Shown here piece after piece: positions 9,807 through 18,727 of a stretch of DNA of 64,000 bases; the stretch's first letter is position 1; every line of letters starts with the position of its first letter. Both the position numbers and the translations under genes were made by a program. Source of the stretch: Candidatus Xenobia bacterium (lineage in GTDB: Bacteria; Vulcanimicrobiota; Xenobia; Xenobiales; QWHO01); the NCBI GenBank assembly GCA_045863235.1, contig BTUM01000019.1, positions 1 to 64,000 on the forward strand. Direction: 5' to 3'. Below the pieces are notes generated by a model that did not search any database, was not told where the DNA came from, and saw nothing but the letters and a program-made list of their open reading frames with translations.

Positions 9807-10583
9807 ATGCGCGTTCCCCTGCTGGCCGCCAACTGGAAAATGCACAAAACTGCCCGCGAGGCCAGGGTGCTGGTCGAGGACCTGCTCAAACAGGTGGGAG
9901 CTGTGAGCGGTCGCGAGATGGCGCTCTGCCCGCCCTTTCCCTACCTGAGCGAGGTGGGCAGGTTACTGGAAGGCAAGTCCTGGGCTGCTCTGGGCGCCCA
10001 GAACGTCTACTGGAAAGATTCAGGCGCCTTCACGGGGGAAGTTTCCCCTCTCATGCTCAAGGATTGCGGCTGCCGTTACGCCATCATCGGGCACTCCGAG
10101 CGACGCGCCCTCTTCCACGAAGTGGACGCCGACTGCCAGAAGAAGGTGCAGGCGGCCCTGGCCCACGGGCTGGTACCGATCCTGTGCGTTGGGGAGACGC
10201 TCGAGCAGCGCGAAGCCGGCCAGACCGCCCAGGTGGTGCTGGGCCAGCTTCGCGGTGCCCTGCAGGGAGCTTCCCTTGACTCGGGCAGCAAACTGGTGGT
10301 AGCCTACGAGCCAGTGTGGGCGATCGGGACCGGGAAGACCGACACTCCCGAGGAAGCCAACAAGACGATGGCCCTGCTGCGCGGCGACCTGGCCGAGCAG
10401 CTCGGAGAGCGCGTCGCCTCTCAGGTGAGGCTGCTCTACGGTGGAAGCGTGAAGCCGAACAATATCGACGGATTCATGGCCCAGAGCGACATCGACGGCG
10501 CCCTGGTGGGCGGTGCCAGCCTCGAAGCGGAGAGTTTCGCGCGCATCGTCAACTTCCAGGTCACCGAAGGGGTTTCCCAGTAG
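9807..10583 (+). CDS. tpiA: Triosephosphate isomerase
   Basis: ANWKM, IIGHSERR, AYEPVWAIGTG, YGGSVKP, LVGGASL. Confidence 0.98.
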   Translation: MRVPLLAANWKMHKTAREARVLVEDLLKQVGAVSGREMALCPPFPYLSEVGRLLEGKSWAALGAQNVYWKDSGAFTGEVSPLMLKDCGCRYAIIGHSERRALFHEVDADCQKKVQAALAHGLVPILCVGETLEQREAGQTAQVVLGQLRGALQGASLDSGSKLVVAYEPVWAIGTGKTDTPEEANKTMALLRGDLAEQLGERVASQVRLLYGGSVKPNNIDGFMAQSDIDGALVGGASLEAESFARIVNFQVTEGVSQ

Positions 10584-10601
10584 ACGAAAGGGACCGAACA
10601 A

Positions 10602-10982
10602 ATGGGCATGCTCGATCTGTGGTGCAAAGCGAATCTCTGGCTGGGTCAAGTGACCACCAGTCCGACCCCGGTGCCGGGGGGCTCGCCTGTCTTGCCTGAG
10701 ATGCCCCCCATGGAGGTCACGACCGTCCTCGGTCCGCAGTTTTTCTGGTATCACTACCTGTTGCTCTTCATCCAGGTGGTGGTGGCAGCCGGACTGGTGG
10801 CCTGCGTTCTCAGCCAGACCACCAAGAACGAAGGTCTGGGCGGAACCATCATGGGCCCTTCTCAGAGCGTTTTCCGGGGCAAGAAGAGCGCCGAGGAGAA
10901 GCTCTCCGGCCTGACCACCTGGCTCGCGGTCAGTTTCATCGTGCTGAGCATGCTCGTGTCTTTCGTTTTCAGCCGCATCTAA
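10602..10982 (+). CDS. secG: Preprotein translocase subunit SecG with N-terminal extension
   Basis: Two TM helices around 'Q..K.EGLGG...FRG', LSGLT motif; conserved position after tpiA. Confidence 0.85.
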   Translation: MGMLDLWCKANLWLGQVTTSPTPVPGGSPVLPEMPPMEVTTVLGPQFFWYHYLLLFIQVVVAAGLVACVLSQTTKNEGLGGTIMGPSQSVFRGKKSAEEKLSGLTTWLAVSFIVLSMLVSFVFSRI

Positions 10983-11064
10983 CGTGTCGGGCATCTCATG
11001 CTGAAGGGTCTGCCAATCACTGCAAAACCTTCAGCACGTTACTTCAAAGCTGAGGGCTGATGCA

Positions 11065-12876
11065 ATGCACCGCTGGCTGCTAGTAACGCTTGTGGCCGTC
11101 TGGGTTAGCGGCTGCAGCCAGATTTCCGATCTCCCCATCAAGCTCCCTGAGCGCCGCAAGGGTCTGACTTTCACCGTCGGCCTCCTGGGCCGACCCCAGA
11201 CCGCGCTCAGCCTGGTGGCTCCGACCGCCCAGGAGGCCGAGGTCACGGCCATGCTCTATCGTCCTCTGTGGGACTACGACACGACCTGGCAGGTCGTGCC
11301 GGTGATGGCTGAGGCCCCGCCCCGCTTCACCTTTCGATCCGACGGACGAGCGGTGGAGACGCGGCTGGCTCAACCGGCTTTTCACTGGAGCAGTCAGGAG
11401 CCGGTTCAACCAAACGACTTCAGAACAGCTCAGCAGTTGTCGTCGTCGAGTCCACCCTCTGGACGCGCAAGACCTCTCTGGAGTCATTCGGTAGCGAGCC
11501 TGAACATCTCTCAAGATTCTGTGAGGTTCCAACTGCAGGGTTTCTGGCCCGTCGGGGGGTTGTCGATCATCCCCTTTCCCAACTCTGCCGCGCCCCTGTT
11601 GAAAGAAGACCCGATGGGGGAGTACGGGCACGCTCCCTGGAGCAACGGACCCTTCAAGGTAAAGAGCTGGGAGGGGGATGGACGCTTGATCACCCTGGTG
11701 CCCAACCCGGACTATCCCTGGCCCGCGGGCTCGCAGCCCCTCCCCCAGATACGTTTCCGATTTTACGACCACCCCGACCGACTGATGCGGGCCATTCTCG
11801 CTGGAGATCTGCAACTGATACCCAAAGTCCCGGCCGAAGTGCTGGCAGGGGCAAGGGACAACCCCTGGACGCAACCTCGCTGGGTAGCCAGCGACCGCCT
11901 GCAAACCCTGTTTCTTCGAATGGATTCGCCTCTTTTGTCGGAGGTCGCGGTGCGCCGAGCCCTGTTTGCCGGCCTGCGCCGGGCCCAGTGGGTCCCCAAG
12001 CTTCACCCCGGCGCCTATGTCCACCCGGCCCGCTCCTGGGTGCCTCAACGCGCCTGGTTCTTTCTGGACGTGCTCGAAGAAGTGCCCAATCCCAATCAGG
12101 TGCTCGAGGCGGCCGGCTGGAAGGGACAGCCGGTGCGAGCCAAAGGCCGTCTCAGCCTGAAGCTGGAGCTGTTGTATGCCCAGGATAGCGCCACCGCGCC
12201 GGCTGTCATCGAGCGGATTCAGGAACGCTGGTCCGAACTGGGCGTCGAGATTCAGCCCATGCCCGTCCAGGATCTGGAGCAGCGGCTTAAACGACGAGAT
12301 TTTTCCCACCTGGCGCTGGTCGAGCTTCCCCTCCAGCCCTGGTTCTCACCCGCCCAGTTGATGGGTCGCACGGGACTGCCCTCGGAAGAGAACCCGCTGG
12401 CTTACAACTACTCCGGCTGGGTGGACGACGAGAACGAGGCCATCTGCTCGGCCGTCGAGCGGGCCGCCGACCAGGTCGAGCTCAAGCCTTTGCTGGCTCG
12501 TCAGCAAAAGCACTTCGCCCAGGAACTGCCGTTCTTTCCGCTCTATTTCGTGCCCGATGTCCACCTGGTCTCCCCCAATCTCACCGGCTACCAGCCCAGG
12601 GGCTTCGGAGCGGCCTGCTTCAACAGCCAGACCTGGAGCTACACTCCACCCCCCGCGGGCGGCTCGCCTTCCTCGGAGCAGTCCTCGTCACCCGCGCTGT
12701 CCCCCTCCCCGGAGCACTCCCCGTCTCCGGCGTTGTCCCCCTCGTCGGTGGCTTCTCCCTCCCCGGAGCACTCCACGTCTCCAGCGCTGTCCCCCTCGTC
12801 GGTGGCTTCTCCCTCCCCGGAGCACTCCACGTCTCCAGCGCTGTCCCCCTCCCCGCAAGTTTCCCCCTCCCCCTGA
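11065..12876 (+). CDS. Peptide ABC transporter substrate-binding lipoprotein (family 5)
   Basis: Lipobox VSGC; NGPFKV, VRRAL, LEAAGW and NYSGW motifs; Ser/Pro-rich tail. Confidence 0.8.
   Translation: MHRWLLVTLVAVWVSGCSQISDLPIKLPERRKGLTFTVGLLGRPQTALSLVAPTAQEAEVTAMLYRPLWDYDTTWQVVPVMAEAPPRFTFRSDGRAVETRLAQPAFHWSSQEPVQPNDFRTAQQLSSSSPPSGRARPLWSHSVASLNISQDSVRFQLQGFWPVGGLSIIPFPNSAAPLLKEDPMGEYGHAPWSNGPFKVKSWEGDGRLITLVPNPDYPWPAGSQPLPQIRFRFYDHPDRLMRAILAGDLQLIPKVPAEVLAGARDNPWTQPRWVASDRLQTLFLRMDSPLLSEVAVRRALFAGLRRAQWVPKLHPGAYVHPARSWVPQRAWFFLDVLEEVPNPNQVLEAAGWKGQPVRAKGRLSLKLELLYAQDSATAPAVIERIQERWSELGVEIQPMPVQDLEQRLKRRDFSHLALVELPLQPWFSPAQLMGRTGLPSEENPLAYNYSGWVDDENEAICSAVERAADQVELKPLLARQQKHFAQELPFFPLYFVPDVHLVSPNLTGYQPRGFGAACFNSQTWSYTPPPAGGSPSSEQSSSPALSPSPEHSPSPALSPSSVASPSPEHSTSPALSPSSVASPSPEHSTSPALSPSPQVSPSP
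12706..12855. repeat. 54-bp coding tandem repeat (SPEHSTSPALSPSSVASP, ~2.7 copies)
   Basis: Near-identical units start at 12706, 12760 and 12814. Confidence 0.95.
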
Positions 12877-12938
12877 GACAGGAGCCCGCGACAAAGCCAA
12901 GAAACGTCCCCCACTTCCAGAATTGGGGCGCTCTTCTC

Positions 12939-14114
12939 GTGGCTGAACAACCGCTCTCCTTTGAAACCCTGGCCATCCATGCAGGACAAGATCCCGAACC
13001 TGTCACCGGGGCCGTGGTGGTACCGATCTACCAGACCTCCACCTACGCCCAGGAGGGTCTGGGCAAACCCCGGCACGGCTTTGAGTATAGCCGCACCGAC
13101 AATCCCACCCGGCGGGCTTATGAGACCTGCCTGGCGGCCCTGGAGGGGGCCCGCCACGGGCTGGCATTCGCCTCCGGCATGGCCGCCACCGCGACCTGCG
13201 CCCACCTGCTGAGGGCCGGCGACGAGGTGCTGTGCTCCGACGACGTCTATGGAGGCACGTTTCGCTTCTTCACCCGGGTGATGGAGAAGTTCGGGGTGAC
13301 CACTCGCTACGTGGATACCTCGGACCTGGAGGCTACCCGCCGCGCCCTCACCGACCGCACCCGCATGCTCTGGGTGGAGACTCCCACCAACCCCATGCTC
13401 AAGCTATCCGACCTGACCGCGCTGGCCGGCATCGCCCGGGACGCCGGGGCCTACCTGGCAGTGGACAACACCTTCATGACGCCTTATCTTCAGAACCCTC
13501 TGAAGCTGGGGGCGGACGTGGTGGTCCACTCTGCCACCAAGTATCTTGGGGGGCATTCCGACGTGGTGGGGGGGGCCCTGCTGACCAACAACGACTCCAT
13601 CTACGAAACCTTGAAGTTCCACCAGAACGCCATCGGGGCTGTGCCCGGACCTTTCGACTGCTGGCTGGTCATGCGCGGCCTCAAGACGCTGGCCCTGCGA
13701 ATGGATCGGCACTGCCAGAACGCCCACGCCCTGTCCGAGTTCCTGGCGGCCCATCCCCAGGTCGCCCAGGTGCACTACCCGGGACTTCCCTCTCACCCCC
13801 ACCATCTGCTGGCGCGAGCCCAGATGCGCGGCTTCGGCGGCATGATCTCTTTTGAGGTCAAGGGTGGCCTGGAATCGGCTCGCAAACTGGTGCAATCGAC
13901 CCGGCTCTTCTTCCTGGCCGAGAGCCTGGGGGGCGTAGAGTCCCTGATCGAGCATCCGGCCATCATGACCCATGCCAGCCTGCCACCCGAGCGACGGGCG
14001 GCGCTGGGCATCTCGGACGGGCTGATCCGCCTTTCGGTGGGCATCGAGAACCTGACCGACCTGCGGGCCGACCTCGAGCAGGCCCTGAACGCAGCTTTGC
14101 CTTCTCCCGTCTAA
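12939..14114 (+). CDS. Cystathionine gamma-synthase/lyase (Cys/Met PLP-dependent enzyme)
   Basis: YSRTDNPT, FASGMAA, ETPTNP, HSATKYLGGHSD, AESLGGVESL. MetB versus MetC/MccB cannot be resolved by eye. Confidence 0.93.
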   Translation: MAEQPLSFETLAIHAGQDPEPVTGAVVVPIYQTSTYAQEGLGKPRHGFEYSRTDNPTRRAYETCLAALEGARHGLAFASGMAATATCAHLLRAGDEVLCSDDVYGGTFRFFTRVMEKFGVTTRYVDTSDLEATRRALTDRTRMLWVETPTNPMLKLSDLTALAGIARDAGAYLAVDNTFMTPYLQNPLKLGADVVVHSATKYLGGHSDVVGGALLTNNDSIYETLKFHQNAIGAVPGPFDCWLVMRGLKTLALRMDRHCQNAHALSEFLAAHPQVAQVHYPGLPSHPHHLLARAQMRGFGGMISFEVKGGLESARKLVQSTRLFFLAESLGGVESLIEHPAIMTHASLPPERRAALGISDGLIRLSVGIENLTDLRADLEQALNAALPSPV

Positions 14115-14135
14115 CGTGGTAGAATTGGCGTTGTT

Positions 14136-15254
14136 ATGCGCCCCGTCTACCTTGACTATGCGGCCACTGCGCCTCTCCTGCCCGAAGTCCGCCGATGGCT
14201 GACCGATTCCGGCTTTGAAACGGCGGGAAATCCCTCCAGCCTGCATCGGTTCGGGCGGCAGGCTCGCATGGAGCTCGAGCAGGCGCGCGAACGCTGCGCG
14301 GCCGCCCTGAAGGCCCGCGTGGAGGAGATCGTCTTCACCTCGGGGGCCACCGAAAGCGACAACCTGGCGCTGGCCGGCGCCCTGGCCCCCGGCGACCACT
14401 TCCTGGTCAGCGCGGTGGAGCACCCGGCGGTGCTCGAGCGGGCCCGCTGGCTGGCCCGCGAGCACCGGCTCGAGATCCTGCCGGTGGATGGCAAAGGGCT
14501 GGTCGCTCCCGAGGACCTGGTGCGGTGCCTGCGGCCGGAAACCCGGCTGGTGTCGGTAATGTGGGTCAACAACGAGTTGGGCACAATCCAGCCCATTGCC
14601 GCTCTGGCGGCCATCTGTCGCGAGCACGGGGTGCTCTTTCACGTGGATGCGGTGCAGGCGGCCGGATTCCTGGATCTGGCTCCCGAACAGCTGGGTATCG
14701 ATCTGTTGAGCCTGTCAGGTCACAAGCTGGGGGGACTCGGTGGCAGCGGTCTTCTCTATGTGCGCCGCGGGCTGCGCCTGGCGTCCCAACTCGCGGGAGG
14801 AGGACAGGAAGACCGCCGCCGTGCGGGCACCCCCAACCTGAGTGGGGCGGCCAGCCTGGGCCTGGCCCTGGAGCGCGCCGCAGCCAACCGGGCCACCGAG
14901 GCAACTCGACTGGCCGGCCTGAAAGGCCTACTGGAACGCGGTCTGAGCCGGCTGCCCGGGGCCTTGCGCCTGAGCGGCGAAGCTCCCCACATCTCGGCCT
15001 GGCGATTTGCTGGCCTGCGCGCGGAGGGAATCCTGGTCCGCCTCGATCTCGAGGGGATCGCCGCCTCTTCGGGATCGGCCTGCTCCTCGCACAGCCTGGA
15101 GCCCTCTCACGTGCTGCAGGCCATGGGCGCCAGCCAGGAAGAGGCCCTCGGCCTGGTGCGCTTCTCGTTGGGCTGGCAGAGCTCGAAGCAGGACGTCGAC
15201 CGGTTGCTGGAAGTCTTGCCGAAGACCCTGGCCGAACTGGCGGTGACGCGATGA
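14136..15254 (+). CDS. iscS: Group I cysteine desulfurase (IscS/NifS-like)
   Basis: YLDYAAT, FTSGATE, SGHK (PLP Lys), SSGSAC; coupled to mnmA. Confidence 0.9.
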   Translation: MRPVYLDYAATAPLLPEVRRWLTDSGFETAGNPSSLHRFGRQARMELEQARERCAAALKARVEEIVFTSGATESDNLALAGALAPGDHFLVSAVEHPAVLERARWLAREHRLEILPVDGKGLVAPEDLVRCLRPETRLVSVMWVNNELGTIQPIAALAAICREHGVLFHVDAVQAAGFLDLAPEQLGIDLLSLSGHKLGGLGGSGLLYVRRGLRLASQLAGGGQEDRRRAGTPNLSGAASLGLALERAAANRATEATRLAGLKGLLERGLSRLPGALRLSGEAPHISAWRFAGLRAEGILVRLDLEGIAASSGSACSSHSLEPSHVLQAMGASQEEALGLVRFSLGWQSSKQDVDRLLEVLPKTLAELAVTR

Positions 15255-16321
15255 AGAAGCGGGTGCTGGTGGCCATGAGTGGAGGAGTGGACAGCTCGGT
15301 GGCGGCGGCCCTGATGAAGGCCCGCGGCCACGAGGTGATCGGCGTCACCATGACCTTGTCTCCTTCCGAAAGTCAGGCCGCCCCGGCCAGCCGGGGGTGC
15401 TGCTCGGTCTGGGATGTGACCGACGCCGAGAAGGTGGCCTGGAAGCTGGGCATTCCCCATTACGTATTCAACCTGCGCAACGAGTTCGAGCAGCATGTCA
15501 TCGGGGACTTCGTAGCCGAGTATGCCCGCGGGCGCACTCCCAACCCATGCCGGCGCTGCAACCAGCACATCAAGTTCGACCACCTGCTCGAGCGGGCCCA
15601 GGCACTGGGGGCCGAGGCCGTCGTGACCGGACACTACGCCCGCCTCAGACGCCACCCTCAGGGCTGGGTACGCCTGCTGCGGGGGAAGGACCAGCGAAAG
15701 GACCAGTCCTACGTGCTGGCCAGCCTGAGCCAGGAGCAACTGGCCCGGGTGCGCTTCCCCGTGGGCGAGCTGACCAAGGATGAGGTGCGCGAGGTGGCCC
15801 GCGGTCTGGAGCTGGGCGTGGCCGACAAGCCCGAGAGCATGGACCTTTGTTTCATCCCCGACCGGGACACGGCCGGCTTTCTAGCTGGTCGACTGGAGAA
15901 CGTGCAGCCGGGCGAGATTCGCGACCGCAGCGGGCGAGTGCTGGGCCAGCACCGAGGTTTGCCCTTCTACACGGTGGGCCAGCGCAAGGGACTGGGCTTG
16001 ACCAGCGCCTCACCGCGCTACGTGCTGGAGCTGGACGTGGTCAGCAACGCCGTGGTGGTAGGCGAAGACCAGGACCTGCTCGAGCGGGCGATGGAAGTGG
16101 ACGAGCTGAGCTGGGTCGTGCCGGTGCCCTACGCACGGGCCCGCGTGCAGGTTCGTTCCAGCGCCGGGGGTGCCATGGCCAGCCTGGAGCCGATGGGGCC
16201 GGGCCGTCTCCAGGTGCGCTTCGACTCCCCCCAACGATCGCTCACTCCCGGTCAGGCTGCGGTATTCTATCGCCGGCTCGAGGTTCTGGGGGGAGGCACC
16301 ATCGCCCGGGTGCTGCGCTGA
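15251..16321 (+). CDS. mnmA: tRNA-specific 2-thiouridylase
   Basis: AMSGGVDSSV, TPNPCRRCN, TGHYA, KDQSY, ESMDLCF, TVGQRKG, TPGQ; ATGA overlap. Confidence 0.97.
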   Translation: MKKRVLVAMSGGVDSSVAAALMKARGHEVIGVTMTLSPSESQAAPASRGCCSVWDVTDAEKVAWKLGIPHYVFNLRNEFEQHVIGDFVAEYARGRTPNPCRRCNQHIKFDHLLERAQALGAEAVVTGHYARLRRHPQGWVRLLRGKDQRKDQSYVLASLSQEQLARVRFPVGELTKDEVREVARGLELGVADKPESMDLCFIPDRDTAGFLAGRLENVQPGEIRDRSGRVLGQHRGLPFYTVGQRKGLGLTSASPRYVLELDVVSNAVVVGEDQDLLERAMEVDELSWVVPVPYARARVQVRSSAGGAMASLEPMGPGRLQVRFDSPQRSLTPGQAAVFYRRLEVLGGGTIARVLR

Positions 16322-16380
16322 AAATGTTGCCGGCACGGTCGGATTCTTTGCCAAAGAGTTACCGTTTGGACATGGCGATT

Positions 16381-16436
16381 TGGTAACATCCTGTTAACAA
16401 ATCAATCTTGTTACCATTTCGCTCCGGTGCTATGAT
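16381..16436 (+). promoter_or_regulatory. sigma70-type promoter with repeated TGTTAMCA operator-like boxes
   Basis: TTGTTA(16408-13)-17 nt-TATGAT(16431-36) with extended -10 TG; tggtaaca 16381-88, tgttaaca 16392-99, tgttacca 16409-16. Confidence 0.6.
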
Positions 16437-16487
16437 GACCACGCTATCGAGGAGCATCCAGCCTCGAAAGCCAGGAGGACAAGACAA

Positions 16488-16874
16488 ATGGCGATGAGCA
16501 ACAGCCCGATCAGCGGACCAAACTTCAACCAGAACCTCGGTCGTTTACCGAGCAGCGCGTCGGGCACGCCTGGCACCCCGGATGCCGGGGCCCAGTTCGA
16601 TACCACTGATGCGGTCAGTATCGGGCAACCCGCCAAGCTCGCTGGCGGCGGCGACAGCCGCGGCTCGGCCGTGGAGGCCAACCTGACCGCTCCGCAGGCC
16701 GCCGGGTCCTCCACTCCCTCGACCATCAACAACGCCCCCACGGTGTTGACGGTGGGCGGGCTGAGCCAGACTTCGACCGACCACCCTGAGCTGGGACTGA
16801 ACGGCCTGAACCAGCCCTGGATCGAGACGATGAGCGGGCAGGTCATTGCCGGCCACCGGTTGGGCGGCAACTAA
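16488..16874 (+). CDS. Hypothetical low-complexity protein (128 aa), monocistronic
   Basis: AGGAGG RBS, own promoter and terminator, GC3-rich codon use. Confidence 0.8.
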   Translation: MAMSNSPISGPNFNQNLGRLPSSASGTPGTPDAGAQFDTTDAVSIGQPAKLAGGGDSRGSAVEANLTAPQAAGSSTPSTINNAPTVLTVGGLSQTSTDHPELGLNGLNQPWIETMSGQVIAGHRLGGN

Positions 16875-16913
16875 CTCGAGAAACTCGGCCTTCCGCCCAA
16901 GTCGTCTATTGAT

Positions 16914-16946
16914 GAAGCCACCGCGAGTCGGTGGCTTCTTTCATTT
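16914..16946 (+). terminator. Intrinsic terminator
   Basis: 10-bp stem gaagccaccg/cggtggcttc followed by tttcattt. Confidence 0.8.
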
Positions 16947-16955
16947 CGTTCCGAC

Positions 16956-17147
16956 GTTGGTCCGTCCGATAGTCCTGAGTCAGCATTCGCGCCGAAGGCC
17001 CGGCAGGCAAGCAGGTACGACAACGACAGGCTCTCGAATCAGGGCGGCCTCACTACGGACTCCAGGCAGCCCGCCGCGCGCGAAGGAGCGCCCCCAAACC
17101 TGCACTGCACCTTCTTCCCCGCCGCCCCCAACGACATCGAGACCAAC
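16956..17147. ncRNA. Candidate ~190-nt rod-shaped structured RNA (family unknown)
   Basis: Nested complementary segments run from both ends to a central hairpin; the stretch lies between two terminators. Confidence 0.35.
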
Positions 17148-17152
17148 ACGAG

Positions 17153-17183
17153 AAGAGCCCCACCGGTGACGGTGGGGCTCTTT
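17153..17183. terminator. Terminator hairpin, possibly bidirectional
   Basis: Perfect 13-bp stem aagagccccaccg/cggtggggctctt with gtga loop, just 3' of the minus-strand lipoprotein gene. Confidence 0.8.
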
Positions 17184-17206
17184 CGAGGTTCGACGGGAGG
17201 CTGGGC

Positions 17207-18595
17207 TTACTCGAAGCCGCCGCCACGAACGAGGCCGTTGGGCGGCCCGCCCTCGAAGTTCACGGTATAGAAGATCCGCGTTACGTCCTGCGGAAGCCCC
17301 GTGATGACGTCGAAGGGCTGGTTCAGCCCGGTATCGATCTGATCGTTGCTGGCCACAGTCAGGTCGGCCCGGTTGACGACCACTGCCCGGACCAGGCCAT
17401 TGGGCGTGTTCACCGACTCAGTAAAGAGCAGCAGGTCCTGAGTCCCACCCTCGAGTTGGACCAGGTCCATACCGGAGGGGTTGGTGATGCCTGTCAGTCG
17501 GGTATCGCCCACGCCGATGTCCACGGCCACGTCGGTACCGGCCCGGATGATCTGGATCTGGCCGTTGGCGGTTCCCAGCGGGGGCAGTCCACCCAGGGCA
17601 AGACCCATCCCTTCCTCCACGTAAACGTCGCCCACGTCATTGACGGCCAACTCGAAGGGCTGCCGCATGATCTGCGCGGCCGGGTCATTCTGGATACGGG
17701 TTACGTTGGCGCTTGGAATTCCAGCGTTAACGGGCAGGTTGCCGGCATCGAGTCGGATGCGCACGACGGCGTTGTTGCCCGCCTCGGCGATGAACAGGAA
17801 CTCGCCGTCGGTAACCAGGTCAGCCGGGAAGGTCAGGTTGTTGGCAAAGACCTCGACCACCGGGTTGGCCGGGTCGGCCAGGTTGATCCGGCGCACCTGG
17901 CCCACGTTGTTGCCTCCGAACTCAGAGACGAACAGGAACGAGGGCCCGACCGGCAGCATAAAGCTGGGATTCTGAGGGGTCGTGGCCGCGGCGGTCAGGT
18001 TCGTGATGGTGAACTCGAGCTCGTTGGCGGTTGGGACCACGGACAGCACACGTCCGCCGTTGTTCACGTTGAACCCGTCGGTGACGAACATCAGCCCACC
18101 GATCCCGGTCGAAACGACGTCGAACGGGTTGGTAAAAGTTGCCTGAAGGGGAGAGCCCGCTGCGGCCACCACGGTCTTCGGCTGGGCCCCATCGGTGGCC
18201 GAGTTGTTGGCCTCGGTGTCGAGCGCGAAGCGGATCAACCGCCCGTTGTTCTGACCCGAGTTAAATCCCACCAGCCCGAAAACGAAGCCGGCGAAATTGG
18301 TGAGTCGGGTCGGGTTGTTCAAGCCGGTCAGGATGTCAACGGGGACGAAGGTCCCCTGGTTGCCGCCTTGCTGGCCGCCATCATTGTTGCCGCCGGGACC
18401 GGCACCGCCGCCCTGCTGGCCGCCCTGTTGGCCGCCCTGAGCCCCGCCGTTCGTAGCGGGCGGGGGAATGGGATCCGGGATCGGATTGATCACATTGTCG
18501 CCGACCTGGTTGGCACTGGTGCATCCGATCGCCAGCATGCCGGCCATCAAGCAGAGCACGACCAATGCGGCCAGGCTCTCACGTAGTCTCCTCAC
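17207..18595 (-). CDS. Lipoprotein with probable NHL-like beta-propeller and Gly/Gln linker
   Basis: GTG 18595 after GAGGAG; lipobox AIGC; repeated GLNNP/NLTFP/GITNP/GLNQP blades; QGGQ repeats. Confidence 0.75.
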   Translation of the reverse strand: MRRLRESLAALVVLCLMAGMLAIGCTSANQVGDNVINPIPDPIPPPATNGGAQGGQQGGQQGGGAGPGGNNDGGQQGGNQGTFVPVDILTGLNNPTRLTNFAGFVFGLVGFNSGQNNGRLIRFALDTEANNSATDGAQPKTVVAAAGSPLQATFTNPFDVVSTGIGGLMFVTDGFNVNNGGRVLSVVPTANELEFTITNLTAAATTPQNPSFMLPVGPSFLFVSEFGGNNVGQVRRINLADPANPVVEVFANNLTFPADLVTDGEFLFIAEAGNNAVVRIRLDAGNLPVNAGIPSANVTRIQNDPAAQIMRQPFELAVNDVGDVYVEEGMGLALGGLPPLGTANGQIQIIRAGTDVAVDIGVGDTRLTGITNPSGMDLVQLEGGTQDLLLFTESVNTPNGLVRAVVVNRADLTVASNDQIDTGLNQPFDVITGLPQDVTRIFYTVNFEGGPPNGLVRGGGFE

Positions 18596-18611
18596 GCTCT
18601 TGCTCCTCTCC

Positions 18612-18653
18612 AAAAAACAGGCCCTGACCTGGCAAAACAGACAGGTCGGGCTG
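18612..18653 (-). terminator. Terminator hairpin after the EF-G paralogue, abutting the next RBS
   Basis: Minus strand gcccgacctg...caggtcagggc followed by ctg and U6. Confidence 0.6.
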
Positions 18654-18727
18654 GGAAGGTTTGCTCCCCCTTTAGACTTTCCTTCGTTCGCCGCTGAGAA
18701 GAAAATTCTTCCTTCTCGTCAGCCCGA

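Noticed and set aside
14525..15250. Apparent 598-aa MnmA fusion
   Set aside because: The upstream part is an alternate frame of iscS; the true start is the ATGA overlap at 15251.
18650..18700. c-di-GMP-I riboswitch suggested by 'gcaaacc'
   Set aside because: The GNRA-capped P2 and second GCAAA motif are missing.
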